64,000 bases of DNA. Origin: the human T2T-CHM13v2.0 reference genome, Homo sapiens. The stretch lies in the NCBI RefSeq assembly GCF_009914755.1, contig NC_060933.1, one strand, 5' to 3'. This document shows positions 44,660 through 58,954 of this stretch, piece after piece. Below the pieces are notes generated by a model. It saw only the letters and a program-made list of their open reading frames with translations, did no database searches and was not told where the DNA came from. The position numbers were made by a program, and so were the translations under genes. The stretch's first letter is position 1. Every line of letters starts with the position of its first letter.

Positions 44660-47600
44660 CTCATTCTCTCTCCTTTTCCATCTGGACCACCCAGCTTTTT
44701 GGAAAAAGCTCCAACTGGCCTGGGAGCCCAGTGACCTGATGTCTGAGCTGCAGCAGGTCAGCCTCCCTCTCTGGAATTTAGTTTCACCATCTGTATAATG
44801 AGGGAGTTGGACTTCAGATCTGCAATCTGGCCTTCTCAGCGCTGCAGTTCTGTGGACGTCACTGAGGGGAGGATGGGGCACATTCTAGTCCCCTAGGCTC
44901 CTCTCTGCTCTCCCCAGGATGGGGTCAGAGGAGACAGCAGAGAAAGATTCATGTTTAAAATGATCGTTTGGAATCCAAAGTGTTTTTGGTCATTAACAGG
45001 AAGCATCTTTTCTACATTACGGCTTCATGTGACCAAATTATGGCCATAGTATTTCAGATTTATTCATCCACTAAGTATTTATTAAGTACCTATTCTGTGC
45101 TAGGTATCAGGTGCTGGGGCTATAGCAGTAAGGAAAGTAAGTGGACAAAAGGATTCCACACCTGCCACAGGCGCTGCCCCACTCCCTGAGTCAGGTGAGA
45201 TGAGCTCCGGAAGGCAGGTGGGTAATGGATGATGCTCACCTAGTGTTCCTTGGGCCATGAAGATCAAATATTTCAGCCCCATAGGATGTGTAAGCTTGAT
45301 TTCTGGTCATCTCTCCTTAAGGAATCATGGACCATTATTTTGTTTAAAAGGACACATAAGAACGTACATGTCTCAATAGAGTTACTGGTCACAGGACTGA
45401 ACTGTGGTCATGAAAGCCAAGCAACTTACTTTCTGGCCTCCATATTGCTTTGTAGGAGAAATGATACTGACAATGATGTCACACGAGGAGGGAAGCCAGG
45501 CACGAATCTGGTGGAGGTGCGGTCAGTTGTGACCAGCTTTGCAAAGGGAGCGGTGGGCGAGGCTGTGGTCTCTCCCAGGTGACCTCCATCGCCATGCAGA
45601 GCTGCTCTCACTTCTCCTCAGGAAAGGCCAGCGTCAGGTATTCCTAGGAGGAAGCCCAGGTGTGTCCAGAGAACAGTAGTCTTGTTAGAACTGGAAAAAT
45701 GTCTTATGGCCAGGTGGCCCCTGGTCTGAAGGAAAAATAGGAGCTGAGTGTGAACTTTTATCACTCAGAAGATATAATCCACCTCTCCCCTCCTGCCCTT
45801 CGCTCCTGGGTTGGTTGTGAGGACAGTGCTTTGTGACAGCAGTGGAGCCCTGTCTGTCCTTCCGGGCTAGATTTCTTCTTTCTCTTATTCCTCCTGTTTC
45901 GTTGTATCCACGATTTGTCGAGTTGCAGGGCTCACCCTTTCCTGAAGAAACCATCTCTTTTCCCAGCTCCGCACCTTTGTCCGAGATGGAGGCGTGTCCT
46001 CCCGCCCATCCCCAGTGGGGGGTGTTCTGCCCATTCTCCAGAGCCCAGCACTGCTCCATCTCTTTTCCTCCCTCTCCTTCCCCTTGCTGTTACCTGCTGC
46101 CTTCTTGTGCTCCCACTGCCCTTGGCCATCCCTCTGTGTCATTGTGCGCTGTGGTGCACCTGTCTTCTCTACTACACCTTAAGAGCAGGACTCTGCCTCC
46201 TTCCTACCAGCACCTCATGCAGCAAGTGCTGCCAATAGCAGGCACCCAGCAGATAGCGAATGCACGACTCCAAAACCCAGCTTTGCCTCCTGGCTGTAGT
46301 TCAGACTAGCTGTGTGACACTGACCAAGACACTTGACCTCTCTCAGACTCAGCTTCCTCCTTGAAGACTGGGATGCTATGTAGCTCAGAGGAAACATACA
46401 CCTGAAGGTGCTGCCCCGGGGGGTGCAATGACCTGTTACTGAGGCTGGATGGAGGATGGCATCCATCATCAGCTACAGGTGCCTCCTCTATCTACAGGTT
46501 CCTGCTCCATCTATACTAGCCACCTCCTGGACAAGGGCTCCAGTGTCCTCCATGACACCAGCTTTCTCCAGAGCCTGTGCAGGATTTCCTTCCTCTACCC
46601 TGAATCAGGGTGATTCTTAAAGGACAGTTTCAGGAACATATAGGGGCACTTGGGTAATCTTGGTCAGTAACTGACCTTTAACTATCATCCATGTGAACAT
46701 CTACAGTTAGGGATTTTCTTGGTGATGTTTGGCAAAAAGTAAAGAATTCCCCAAGTGTGAAGCCTCATTCATTCACTTATTCAACAAATAGTTATTGAGC
46801 ACCTACTATGTGTTAGGCCCTGGGCCAGGTGCTGGGAATACAGCAGAGACAGACCTGGCTCCTGCCCTCATGGAGTTTGCAGTCATTCATTCACTCACTC
46901 GGTGACTTTGGACACCTCCCCCTCCTCTCTCCAGGCTTTAGATCTCTGAGATTCTCTCTGAGTCTGGGATGTAAAGACAAAGTAAAACCTGAAATCTGGA
47001 AAGCAGAACTATAAGAGCTTTGTTTCTGATGGGGGTGTTGCTGCAGACAGAACTATGTCCATCTCAAATTCTGACACTGGACACAGGCGTGGGGGTTTCA
47101 AGCAGGCCAAGGGTGGGAAACCACCTGACTGCATTTTTCTTTATCACTCACACCTCTAACAGTAAGACCAAGTGGGCCTGGCGGAGGCATTTGAGGGCTT
47201 TTGTGTGTGCAGGCTCTGGCCCGTCCTCCTGCCTTGCCTCCACCGCATCCCTCATGCACACCTGCTGCAGCCTCATCAGACCACTCCCTGTCTTTTGGAC
47301 AAAGCCTGTGTGCTCCAGTCCCATCCCTCTTCTTGGGCAGTTTCTTCAGGCTGGAGTGCCTTTCTTTTCTACTCATCCTTCAAGGCTCAGTTCACACACC
47401 ACTGTCTCGTGCAGCCTTCTCTCAGATGGCTTCATAAAACTGACCACCCGGACAACAAGATGGTCACACAGCTATTAGTGGAGGTTAAGTTCATTCTGCC
47501 TTCATTATAGTTCATTTTTCTTGTATATCTCTCTCTGACTAGACTATGAGCTATTGCAGTGAAAGGGCTGTGTCCTTCATCACTGTCACCCTCCAGTGAC

Positions 47601-47683
47601 CCGCAGCCAGGAGGTGTCAGTGATTGCCATTTGAGTTGAACTATTTATTGACATCCAGTGTTGTTCTGCCAAAAATCCTGATC

Positions 47684-47835
47684 CTAGGCATGGTGGTTTG
47701 CACCTGTGGTCACAGCTACTCAGAAGGCTGAGGTGGGAGGAGTACTTGAGCCCAGGAGTTCGAGGTTACAGTGAACTATGATTGTGCCACTGCACTCCAG
47801 CCTGGGCAACAGAGTGAGGCCCTTTCTCTAAAAAA
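47684..47835 (+). mobile_element. Alu monomer (FRAM-like)
   Basis: Single arm GGCATGGTGG...GGGCAACAGAGTGAGGCCC...AAAAAA. Confidence 0.8.
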
Positions 47836-48214
47836 GCAAACGAAGAACGCTGAACCCAAGGTCTTGCCTCAAAATCAATTCCCCCTTCCCCCTCCAACAC
47901 ATACACCGCAACAGAATGATACAGCTATTGTGATTGCTAGGAGAAGGGCTTTGGGCAGTGCCAGTCTCCTGTTTGCAGTAACACCTGCTCTTTCTGAAGA
48001 GCTACATCAGTAACATGGTGGGTTTTCCTCACAACTTAAAAGTCTGATCGTAACACATTCATGGAAACTAGAACCAGCACACGAAACCATTGGCTTGTGG
48101 CCCTAAAGAAATAACTCTGTGTCCAGAAAATGCCATGTTACCAGGTTGCCTACAGCTTTGCCTGTAACATGGGCACAGGCTGGGACATCAGATAGAAGCT
48201 GGTTCCCATGGTGG

Positions 48215-48540
48215 CTGGGTTGGGATGGGCTAAGTTATGTTGCAGTAACGTACAACCTCATCATTTTAGTGGCTAGCATGACGAAGTTTTATTTCTCATG
48301 CTACATGTCTACTGTGGCTTTCCCGGTGGCTCAGGGTTCTCAGAGCCCCTGGCAGATGGAGGCTCCACCCTGTGGGACGTCACCAGTTGTTATGGCTGGG
48401 GAAGGACACACTGGAGGCTCTTGCTGCTCTGAGCCACAGGAGACATTTGTCATATCTGCACACAGCCCACTGGCCCTGCGGCATCCTACCACCTGCCCAG
48501 AAGGAGGAGAACCAGAATTACTGCTGAGCAGCTCCTCTGC
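48215..48540 (-). mobile_element. Old MaLR/ERVL LTR fragment
   Basis: GGGCTAAGTTATGTTGCAGTAAC...TTTATTTCTCATGCTACATGTC resembles an antisense MLT1-type 3' end. Confidence 0.5.
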
Positions 48541-49129
48541 ATGTGGGTGCAATGGCGTCTTATGACTCTCAGAAAGCTACTCTAGTGGCCATCTACCAGT
48601 GTCACACAGTGTCACGCTCGGTCATGGCCTGGAAGATCAGAGTCACAGAGGGATAGGACCTGGAGTGTCTCTGAAAATAGCTGCCTGGTTTCACTCCCCG
48701 GTTTTACGCCTCTTGAGAAGCAGAGTGATGCCTAGAATGAGCCCTGGACTGGGAGGGCACGTCCCAGGTTTGAATCGGGGCCTTTGTTCCTTTTCTGCTG
48801 TATGACTTTGGTCAGATTTCTCCTTCTGAGAAGTGGAGCCAATTAAGCGATCTCCGATATGCTGTAATCTCTGAAACATTTCCTCATATGTTTCTAGCAA
48901 CTTCCAACCTGAGGTCTGATAGACCCAGGGTTACTTTGCAAGCTAACTGACATATCAGTCTCATTGTCTGGTAAATCTAATTTTAACCACTTAATACTTA
49001 TTTTAGGCTTCACAAATTATTTTAAAAGAAAAGATAGGGGCATAACAAGAAGAAAGCTTCGGTTACAATTTCCCCGAAATGCCTGGATCTGGGATTCCTG
49101 CTTCCTGGCTGTGTGGCAGAGAAGATGAG

Positions 49130-49335
49130 GATGGCCCTGGAGTCAGACGGGACTAGGGTCCAAGCCCCAGCTCTTCCACTTGTTAACAATGTTCTCAGCC
49201 TCAGCTTCCTTACCTATACCATGGAGACGGCAGTATTTCCTTGTGGGCTTGTTTTAAGGATCCAGTGACAGGAAGCATGCGAAGCTCTTAGAACAGAGCC
49301 TGGCACTGGTAAATAGTCAGTGAGCAGTAGATGAT
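49130..49335 (+). mobile_element. MIR
   Basis: GGAGTCAGAC...CAAGCCCCAGCTCTTCCACTTG...CCTCAGCTTCCT...AAGCTCTTAGAACAGAGCCTGGCAC. Confidence 0.7.
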
Positions 49336-50102
49336 ATTATTACCATCCTGTCCCTATCCCTGTCCCCCAGCAAATATTTTGGCTTTTAAATGTTTTAAAT
49401 GATTTCTTGAGAATAAGCAATGGGTCAGATGAAATCTCCTTACCTCTCACCTACTGGCCATGGCCTAAATGTCTGTAGGGAGCTGGAGCCAGGTGAGGGG
49501 AGCTGTGGTTTGGGAAGTGCCGAGTTCATTATGAGCAAGTGCACGGTGCTGGGATGGGCTAGGTTCCCCGCACCTCGCCCTGCCACTGCCTCCCAGGACC
49601 TGCCTCTTGCTCCCCTGCCACATAGACAGTCTGCTTGCCCCCTGCTTTCAGGGACCTCATGGTCCCTGCCCAATTTAAAGTTCAAACTCTGCAACTGCAC
49701 AAAGTTGCAGGCTTGGCAGCTGTGGGACCTGGGCTTCAGAGACTCCAGGTTCCTCGGCCTGCCCCAGGAGGGCCCTGCTGAGGTGAAGTGGGCATAGGAG
49801 AGAGAGTGGACAGAGAATCTGAATACTGGGTCACGTTGCAGTTCTGCGCCTTGGATGCCATAGGCTCCAGGCCCATAAGCCCGGCTTCACTAGGCCTGGG
49901 TGTCTGGGTTGTGAAATGGGGTGTCTCCTTCCAGGATTGCCGTAAGGACCTGGATTCATCCAAGCTTAAAGTAAATTGCTTTGTAAGGTGGGAGACACCG
50001 AGTACAGGCGAGGGACTTTATTAGGTCAGGGATTTAATCAGGCATCTGTTTTTACAGATTTCTTTATTCCTGTTCCCTCCCCTCCCCTTCCTGTCCTTTC
50101 AC

Positions 50103-50157
50103 AATAAAGAATAACAACTTGACACAGCTTAGAGACTAAAAATCATCCTTCAATAAA
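50103..50157 (+). terminator. Tandem AATAAA signals; candidate distal polyA site of TMEM8B or an overlapping lncRNA
   Basis: AATAAA at 50103-50108 and 50152-50157, followed by U/GU-rich sequence at about 50190-50216. Confidence 0.55.
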
Positions 50158-50505
50158 GCAGCAGAAGTTGCAAAGTTTCCTATGATGCTATAATTTGTCT
50201 TCTGGAATTTTTTTATCAAGAACATAGGTCGAAGTAAAAAATGGAAAAGTTGCTACTGTTGATTTTCTATCTGCTCATAGCATATTGTCCTCTTGCTGCC
50301 CCACGGATACCCTGAACTCAGCAGGTCGAAGACAAACTCACCATCTCCCCACTTCCCCCATCTACTGTGCTCATCCTCCCCATGCAGTGTCTCAGTCTAC
50401 CTCAAATAAACCAGAAACTCAGGACCTGCCCACGGTCCTCAACCTCTCCCTCCTCCACCTCTATAATCCCAAAATCTCTTCCAAATATTATTTTACATAT
50501 ATATA

Positions 50506-50953
50506 CAGTTGACCCTTGAATAACATGGATTTGAACTACATGAGTTCACTTATACTTGTATTTTTCAAAAAATATATTGGGAATTTTTTTTTGAGATTTG
50601 CTACAATTTGAAAAAACTTGCAGATGAACCGCCACCCCTGAGACAGCAAGACTAGTCCCTCCTCTTCCTCCTCCTCCTACTCAACATGATGTTGACAGTG
50701 ATGAAGACTTTTATGATGATCCGTTTAATAGATAGGAAATCTATGTCTCTTCCTTATGACTTTCTTAATAACATTCTCTTTTCTTTAGCTTTATTGTAAG
50801 AATACAGTATATAAAACATATAACATACAAATTATGTGTTAATCGACTTTATGTTATTGATAAGGCTTCCAGTCAACAGTTATACATGGATTTTTTTTTT
50901 TACAGTGAGGAGAGTTGGCACCCCTCACCCCCGTGTTGTTCAGGGGTTAACTG
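50506..50953 (+). mobile_element. Tigger2a/MER28-type non-autonomous Tc1/mariner DNA transposon
   Basis: Terminal inverted repeats CAGTTGACCCTTGAATAACATGG ... CCGTGTTGTTCAGGGGTTAACTG, flanked by TA. Confidence 0.85.
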
Positions 50954-51384
50954 TAATCCCAAATATTATATCTCTAGCTCCCAAATGTTATTTTGCATCT
51001 ATATCTATCTCCCCAATATTTCTTGGGGCCACCCTCTCCTTTACTGCCCAGCCAGCTCAGGCCTCACTGAGGGCCTGGGTGACTACAGCAGCTTCCTCCC
51101 TTCCCTGCCCTCAGGAGGAAGCCTTTCTCATCTGTCGTCTACTGCGGGCAAGGTGGTCTTCCACATACCATTATTTTTTAAGTTCAAAGTCATGGTCATC
51201 ATAGAAATATTGGATAATATTGAAAATAATAATTTAAAAAACAGTACTTATCTGTAACCCTGTCACCCAAAGGAAACAACTGTTAGTTAATATTTGGTCA
51301 TCGTTTTCCAGTATTTCCTAGATACTGACTTATTCATAGATCTGTAAGAAAAATACTTAAAAAGTTAAAATTGAGATCATACTA

Positions 51385-51773
<389 letters not shown>

Positions 51774-52823
51774 CAGATTCTTAACGGCTGCATCACATAC
51801 TATCATTGGACTCCACCGGGATTTGTTTAAATATTCTTCTATGGTTGAACATTAAGATTATTACAGTTTTTTTGTTACTACAAATAATGCTGTTATTAAT
51901 ATCCTTATGTCCAAATCTTTGTGCCCTTTATTATTTACTTAGACTGGATTCCTAGAAGTAGAGGTGTTGGGTCAAGGGGTCTGGAAGTTTTGAAGGCCCT
52001 TGATTCATATTTCCAACTTACTTTCTAGGAAGTTCATATTAAATTATCCCCATTTCCACCAGCAGTGTATGACACTGCCTACTTCACCACATGGTACCTA
52101 ACAGTGGACATTGTGTTAAACAAGAGAGAGAATGGTATCTAATCAGTGACCTTGCTAAAAGTCAATCTGATTGTAAACCCCCAGAGCCCACAGAATAAAA
52201 CCCAAACTCCTGTGATGTATCCATGGCCCAGCAGAATGGCATGGCCACTGGCATGGCTACTGGCAGCCTTCTCTCAGGCGTGGTCAGAGAGGCTTGGGTA
52301 TCTCTCACTCCTCTAGCCATGCTTCTCTGTGCCTCTGTTCTGGCCAGCAGAGGAAGCAGGGAGAAAGCCCTGGGAGGGGAATTCAGGCCTCATGCAGGGG
52401 CTGTGCTTACCTGTAGCCGGGGGCAGGAAAGGTGGACTGCTGCTTGCAGGGCAAGCCCAGTGCTCCCATCGTACAGATGGTACCATGGAGGCCAGGGCAA
52501 GGCAGGGAATGGAAATGCTCCGTGAATCTAGGTCAGTGTCCACTGCCTGTGCACTGAGTTATCAGAAAGAAAAGCTGGAAGAGGCTGAGCACCAGGCAGG
52601 GGCAACTATGGCAGGGTCCCAGGGCATGAGGTGAGGATGGGTAAAACAAGCTTCCTCAAGCCAGGTGAGGCCTGGATCCCAGGAAAGGGAGCACTGGAAG
52701 CTGCTGCTGCTGCTGTTGCTGCTGGGCGGGGTGAGGTGGGAGGAATGGGGAGGCTTCAGGCTTTGGGCTGGATGATTGGTGTCCCAGGGCCTGACAGGTC
52801 TGGGAATCTTGGACTTTGGGCCT

Positions 52824-53248
52824 TGTGATGGTTAATACTGAGTGTCAACTTCTTTGGATCGTGGGATACAAAGTATGAATCCTGGGTGTGTTCTGTGTGG
52901 GTGTTGCCAAAAGAGATTCACATTTGAGTCAGTGGGCTGGGGAAGGCAGATCCACCCTAATCTGGTGGGCATGATCTAATCAGTTTCCAGTGAATATAAA
53001 GCAGGCAGAAAAACGTGAAAAGGAGAGACGGGCCTAGCCTCCGAGCCTACATCTTTCTCCCATGCTGGATGTTTCCGTCCCTTGAACAATGGACTCCAAG
53101 TTCTTCAGTCTGGGGACTCGGACTGGTTCTCCTTGCTCCTCAGCTTGCAGACGGCCTATTGTGGAACCTTGTGATCGTGTAAGTTAATACTTAATAAACT
53201 CCTCTATCCTATTAGTTCTGTCCCTCTAAGAGAACCCTGACTAATACA
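52824..53248 (+). mobile_element. MLT2A (HERV-L) solo LTR
   Basis: TGTGATGGTTAATACTGAGTGTCAAC...AGAACCCTGACTAATACA; TG...CA termini; 5-bp GGCCT duplication on both sides; AATAAA at 53193-53198. Confidence 0.9.
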
Positions 53249-53499
53249 GGCCTCATTGCTGCCTCTACTGTCACCTACCAGGGAAGCTGGGCCATTCTCG
53301 TCATCTGTGGACTCCGTCTCAGCTCTGCTCAGTTTTGGGAAGAACTCTAGGCTCTGCCATTGTCACCCCTACATTGACATGTTAATATCTCTATTTAAGA
53401 AACTTGTGCAGGGCCTAGAGTTGGGCAAGGCTGGACCTTGGGAGAGAGTAGAATCTGACACTCCCTGCTCTTGGAGTAATGCTGAAAACACAGAGGGGC

Positions 53500-53990
53500 A
53501 CAGCAAGAGGAGCAAGGTGGGGTGGCTTCCTGGTGGAGGTGGCATTTGAGCTGGGCCTGAAGGGTCAGGCAGTCAGTCCTTTTACATATGGAGAAGTGTG
53601 CTGGGGATAGGGGAGGGGGTGCTGCCTCGTGGGGAGAAACAAGGAGAGCACAGAGCTGGGTGGTGCAGGGCATGTGGGGGCCACAACTGGCTGGTGTGTG
53701 TGGCTGTGAGGAGGGAGATGGGGTGGGAGGGGAGGAAGGCTGGGGAGCCAGTCAGGCAGGGCCAGCTTGTGAGGGCCTCAAATGCCCCACTGAAAAGCTT
53801 CCACTTTGTTCTGAGAACAGTGGGGAGCCACCTAGGGATTTCAGTGAGAAGAGTGATGCAATCACATGTGCATTTCAAAAAGATGCCCCATGAAGGAGAG
53901 ATTGGAGGGAGGAACAGGACTGAAGTCTTGGGACCAGCCAAGAGGCTGGTGTGAAGGCCAGGGTGATGCTGAGAGCAGAGGGTGATTTGG
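53500..53990 (-). mobile_element. L2 fragment
   Basis: GGCTTCCTGGTGGAGGTGGCATTTGAGCTGGGCCTGAAGG...TGGGGAGCCAC is an antisense L2 3' region. Confidence 0.65.
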
Positions 53991-54150
53991 GGGCTGTTCT
54001 GTGGCAGGATCAGCGGGACTTGGTGCTGCCTTGCTGGGATGAAGATACCAGACCTGTAGCCCCAGCCCTGCCATGTCTTCACTGGCATTGGCATACGATG
54101 GCCTCAGCTACTAACCTGAGACCTGCGTCTGTACAGAGCCCCGCCCTCCC

Positions 54151-55089
54151 TCACCTGGAGGCCCGACTCCTGCCCCACACCTTCCTGGCGGCCTCCTTCA
54201 CCTCCTTGTTCCTCAGGCTGTAGATGGTGGGGTTCAGCATGGTCGTGACCATGGCATAGAGGACTGTGAAGACCTCATCAGAGATGTGGGCTTCCTTACT
54301 CTTGGGCTTCAAGTACATGAAGATGATGGTGCCGTAGAAAAGCAGCACTACAGCCAGGTGTGCCAAGCAGGTGGAGAAGGCTTTGCAGCACCTGGCGGCC
54401 GAGGGCACCCTCAGGATGGTGGCCAGGATGAGCAAGTAGGACAGGCAGATGAATGCCAGGGGTACAGGCAGCAGCAGGATGGAGCCCGCCAGCAGGAAGT
54501 CTTCGCTGACCGACGTGTTGCCGCATGCCAGCTTCAGCACTGCCAGGATCTTGCAGGTGAAGTGACTGACCACGTGGTGGCCACAGAAGGGCAGCCTCAT
54601 GGAGATGACCATCTCAGTCACCGACTTGAGGAGGCAGAGGACCCAGGCAGCTCCCATCAGCAGCACGCAGAGCCGGTGGCTCATGAGCACGTGGTACCTG
54701 AGTGGCTGGCAGATGGCCAGGTAGCGGTCATAGGCCGTGATGGCCAGTAGCAGGCACTCCGTGGAGCCCGTGGACAGGCTCAGACACATCTGGATGGCAC
54801 AGACAGCAAAGGAGATGGTCTTCCGGGATGACAGGAGGTGGACCAGCATCAGAGGCACAAAGGTGGGCGTGTAGCAGATGTCCAGGGTAGAGAGGTTGCC
54901 CAGGAAGAAGTACACGGGCGTGTGCAGGTGGATATCTAGCACGCTCACCGCCATGATGGCTGTGTTCCCCAGGAGGGTCACCAGGTACATGGCTGAGCAC
55001 AGAGGGAAGAGCAGATGCTCCAGGGCTGGGTAGCCAGAAAATCCTTTCAGAAAGAACTCGGACACCTCTGTTCTGTTGAGCGGCTCCAT
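54151..55089 (-). CDS. OR13J1: Olfactory receptor 13J1, intact 312-aa 7-TM ORF
   Basis: MEPLNRTEVSEFFL..., LHTPVYFFLGNLS, AYDRYLAICQPLRY, KAFSTCLAHL, MLNPTIYSLRNKEVK. Confidence 0.95.
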   Translation of the reverse strand: MEPLNRTEVSEFFLKGFSGYPALEHLLFPLCSAMYLVTLLGNTAIMAVSVLDIHLHTPVYFFLGNLSTLDICYTPTFVPLMLVHLLSSRKTISFAVCAIQMCLSLSTGSTECLLLAITAYDRYLAICQPLRYHVLMSHRLCVLLMGAAWVLCLLKSVTEMVISMRLPFCGHHVVSHFTCKILAVLKLACGNTSVSEDFLLAGSILLLPVPLAFICLSYLLILATILRVPSAARCCKAFSTCLAHLAVVLLFYGTIIFMYLKPKSKEAHISDEVFTVLYAMVTTMLNPTIYSLRNKEVKEAARKVWGRSRASR

Positions 55090-55297
55090 GCTGCAGAGTT
55101 CTGAAGAGATGGTCCACAGCTGGGATGGAAGGAGAGAGGGTACAGGGTGCGGGGAAGCTCACAGAGCCCTTTCTGGGACGAGGTGGACTGTCAGGATCTT
55201 TTCCAGCACTGCCACACTCACTGTCTGTGACGTCGGGCAATCCCTTTATCCTCTCTAGGCCTCAGTTTATCCATGTGAAAAATGAGCATTGATTTAG

Positions 55298-55562
55298 ATC
55301 AGCATTCCCTGAGAGAATGTTAATGAGAACATTAGTAAGCAATCTGAAAAATCAATTTGAGACAACATTGGATTAATAAAAAATAAAGCTCTTTACTGCA
55401 GGACTTCTCAGAGCGTTTACTACGCTAATGTGATCTATGACTCCTGCAAAGCAATGTAGAACATCTGTACCCCAAACTTATTTGATCATGGATCCCCTTT
55501 TACAGAAAACCCATTAACCTACTGCAGATAAGTGTTCTATGAGCATAGTCTGGGAAACAGTA
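55298..55562. mobile_element. hAT-Charlie-type MER DNA transposon remnant (subfamily not determined)
   Basis: CTTTACTGCAGGACTTCTCAGAGC...CCCAAACTTATTTGATCATGG...CTGGGAAAC. Confidence 0.5.
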
Positions 55563-55570
55563 GGCTAGAT

Positions 55571-55717
55571 CAACAGTTCTCAAACTTTAACATGCACCAG
55601 AATCACCTGGAAAGTTTGTTAAAACAGATTGTTGGGCCCCAAACCCAGTTTCTGACTCGGTGCGTCTGGGCGATGCTTCTGCTGCTGATGTAGGTACCAC
55701 ACTTTGAGGAACTAGTG
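55571..55717 (+). mobile_element. MER5A
   Basis: GTTCTCAAACTT...CAGAATCACCTGGA...TTGTTAAAACAGATTG...ACCACACTTTGAG. Confidence 0.75.
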
Positions 55718-56640
55718 GGCTAGGTGGTCTCTGAGCAGGTGGAGATTCTCCTGGCTTTAAGGAAGCCTCTGAGCCATCGCATTTGCTATTCCTTCTGTCT
55801 GGAATGTCCTCGGCCTGCAGTGGTCTGACCTGTCTCTTCAGGCCTACTCTAGTATCCATGAACAAAGCATACACCGTGCTGTGTGTTGGAGGGCTGCTGA
55901 CCTTGAAGCCTATCGCTGGGCATGTTCCCCTGTCCCCTGCCCAGGGCCTGTTTCATTAGCTACCCTGTGTGGATTGGACCTTCACAATCTGCCTTCCTGT
56001 GGGTTTCCCAGCTAAAATCTGATGGAGCTTTTGGCCCAGCTCCAAACCCCTATGTTCTGTGGGCCAGAGCGAGGGCTGCTTTGACTTCATGAACTCCTAG
56101 GGTATTAGCATGGAACATGACCAGAGGCCAACTTGTTGGATCTCCCATTGTATAGATGGGGATGCTGAGGTCACACAACAGGTCTCTGGTGAGGTGAAGC
56201 TAGAATCCAGCCCTCCCAACAGTGTGACCCCTATACCATGCTCAGAGCAGGTGTATGCTTCTATTAGGTTTCAAACAATGCTTGTTCTTTTACCATTCTA
56301 GATGGATATCAGTGCCCCAGGTGCTGCCACAATCCTCTCACCAGCAAAAGAGCATGAGTCACCTCTCCTTAGTGTTCCAGGGTATCTGGCACGGTGTCAT
56401 TAATCCCATGGGACACGATGCCAAATCCTGGGCCTGGGTGGAGCACAGTTCCTCTCAGTGCCTTCCTTGCAGGAGACCATTTCCGTCTTTTATTCCACCC
56501 TCACTTACTCATCCCAGAACCTAGAAGTAACTGAGGACCTGCTACATGTCAGGTGGTGCCAGATGTGAGGGAGCACTGATGACAGGTGTGCTCCCAGGCT
56601 GCTGAGTGCAAACCCTTCCTAGGCAGAGAGGACCCCCAAG

Positions 56641-56935
56641 TCTTCCATACCCAGCCTCACCGTCCCCCCACTCTTCCGTACCCAGCCTCACCCACCCCTC
56701 CCACTCTCCCATACCCATCCTTGTCCTCCCCCACCCTCCCATACCCAGCCTCCCCCTCCCCTGACTCTTCCATACCCAGCCTCACCCACCCTTCCCACTC
56801 TCCCATACCCAGACTCACCCTCCCCCCACTCTCCCATACCCAGCCTCACCCACCCTTCCCACTCTCCCATACCCAGCCTCACCCTTCCCTCACTCTTCCA
56901 TACCCAGCCTCACCCACCCTTCCCACTCTCCCACT
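56641..56935. repeat. C-rich minisatellite, about 9 copies of a 31-33-bp unit CCATACCCAGCCTCACCCACCCTTCCCACTCTC
   Basis: CCATACCCAGCC core recurs at about 56645, 56676, 56709, 56739, 56770, 56803, 56834, 56866, 56898. Confidence 0.92.
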
Positions 56936-57049
56936 TTTCCAAAAGTAACTATTGTTATTAGTTTTGTGTATATCTATCCAGATACTTTTCTGGCCATTTG
57001 CATATGTATATCTATACATGGAAATAGGTCTTGTGACTTTTTAGTATGC

Positions 57050-58954
<1,905 letters not shown>

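Noticed and set aside
44660-44881. N-terminal extension of ORF 44417..44881 upstream of the OR start
   Set aside because: It runs through a MIR fragment; OR homology starts at MKWANQT (44659)
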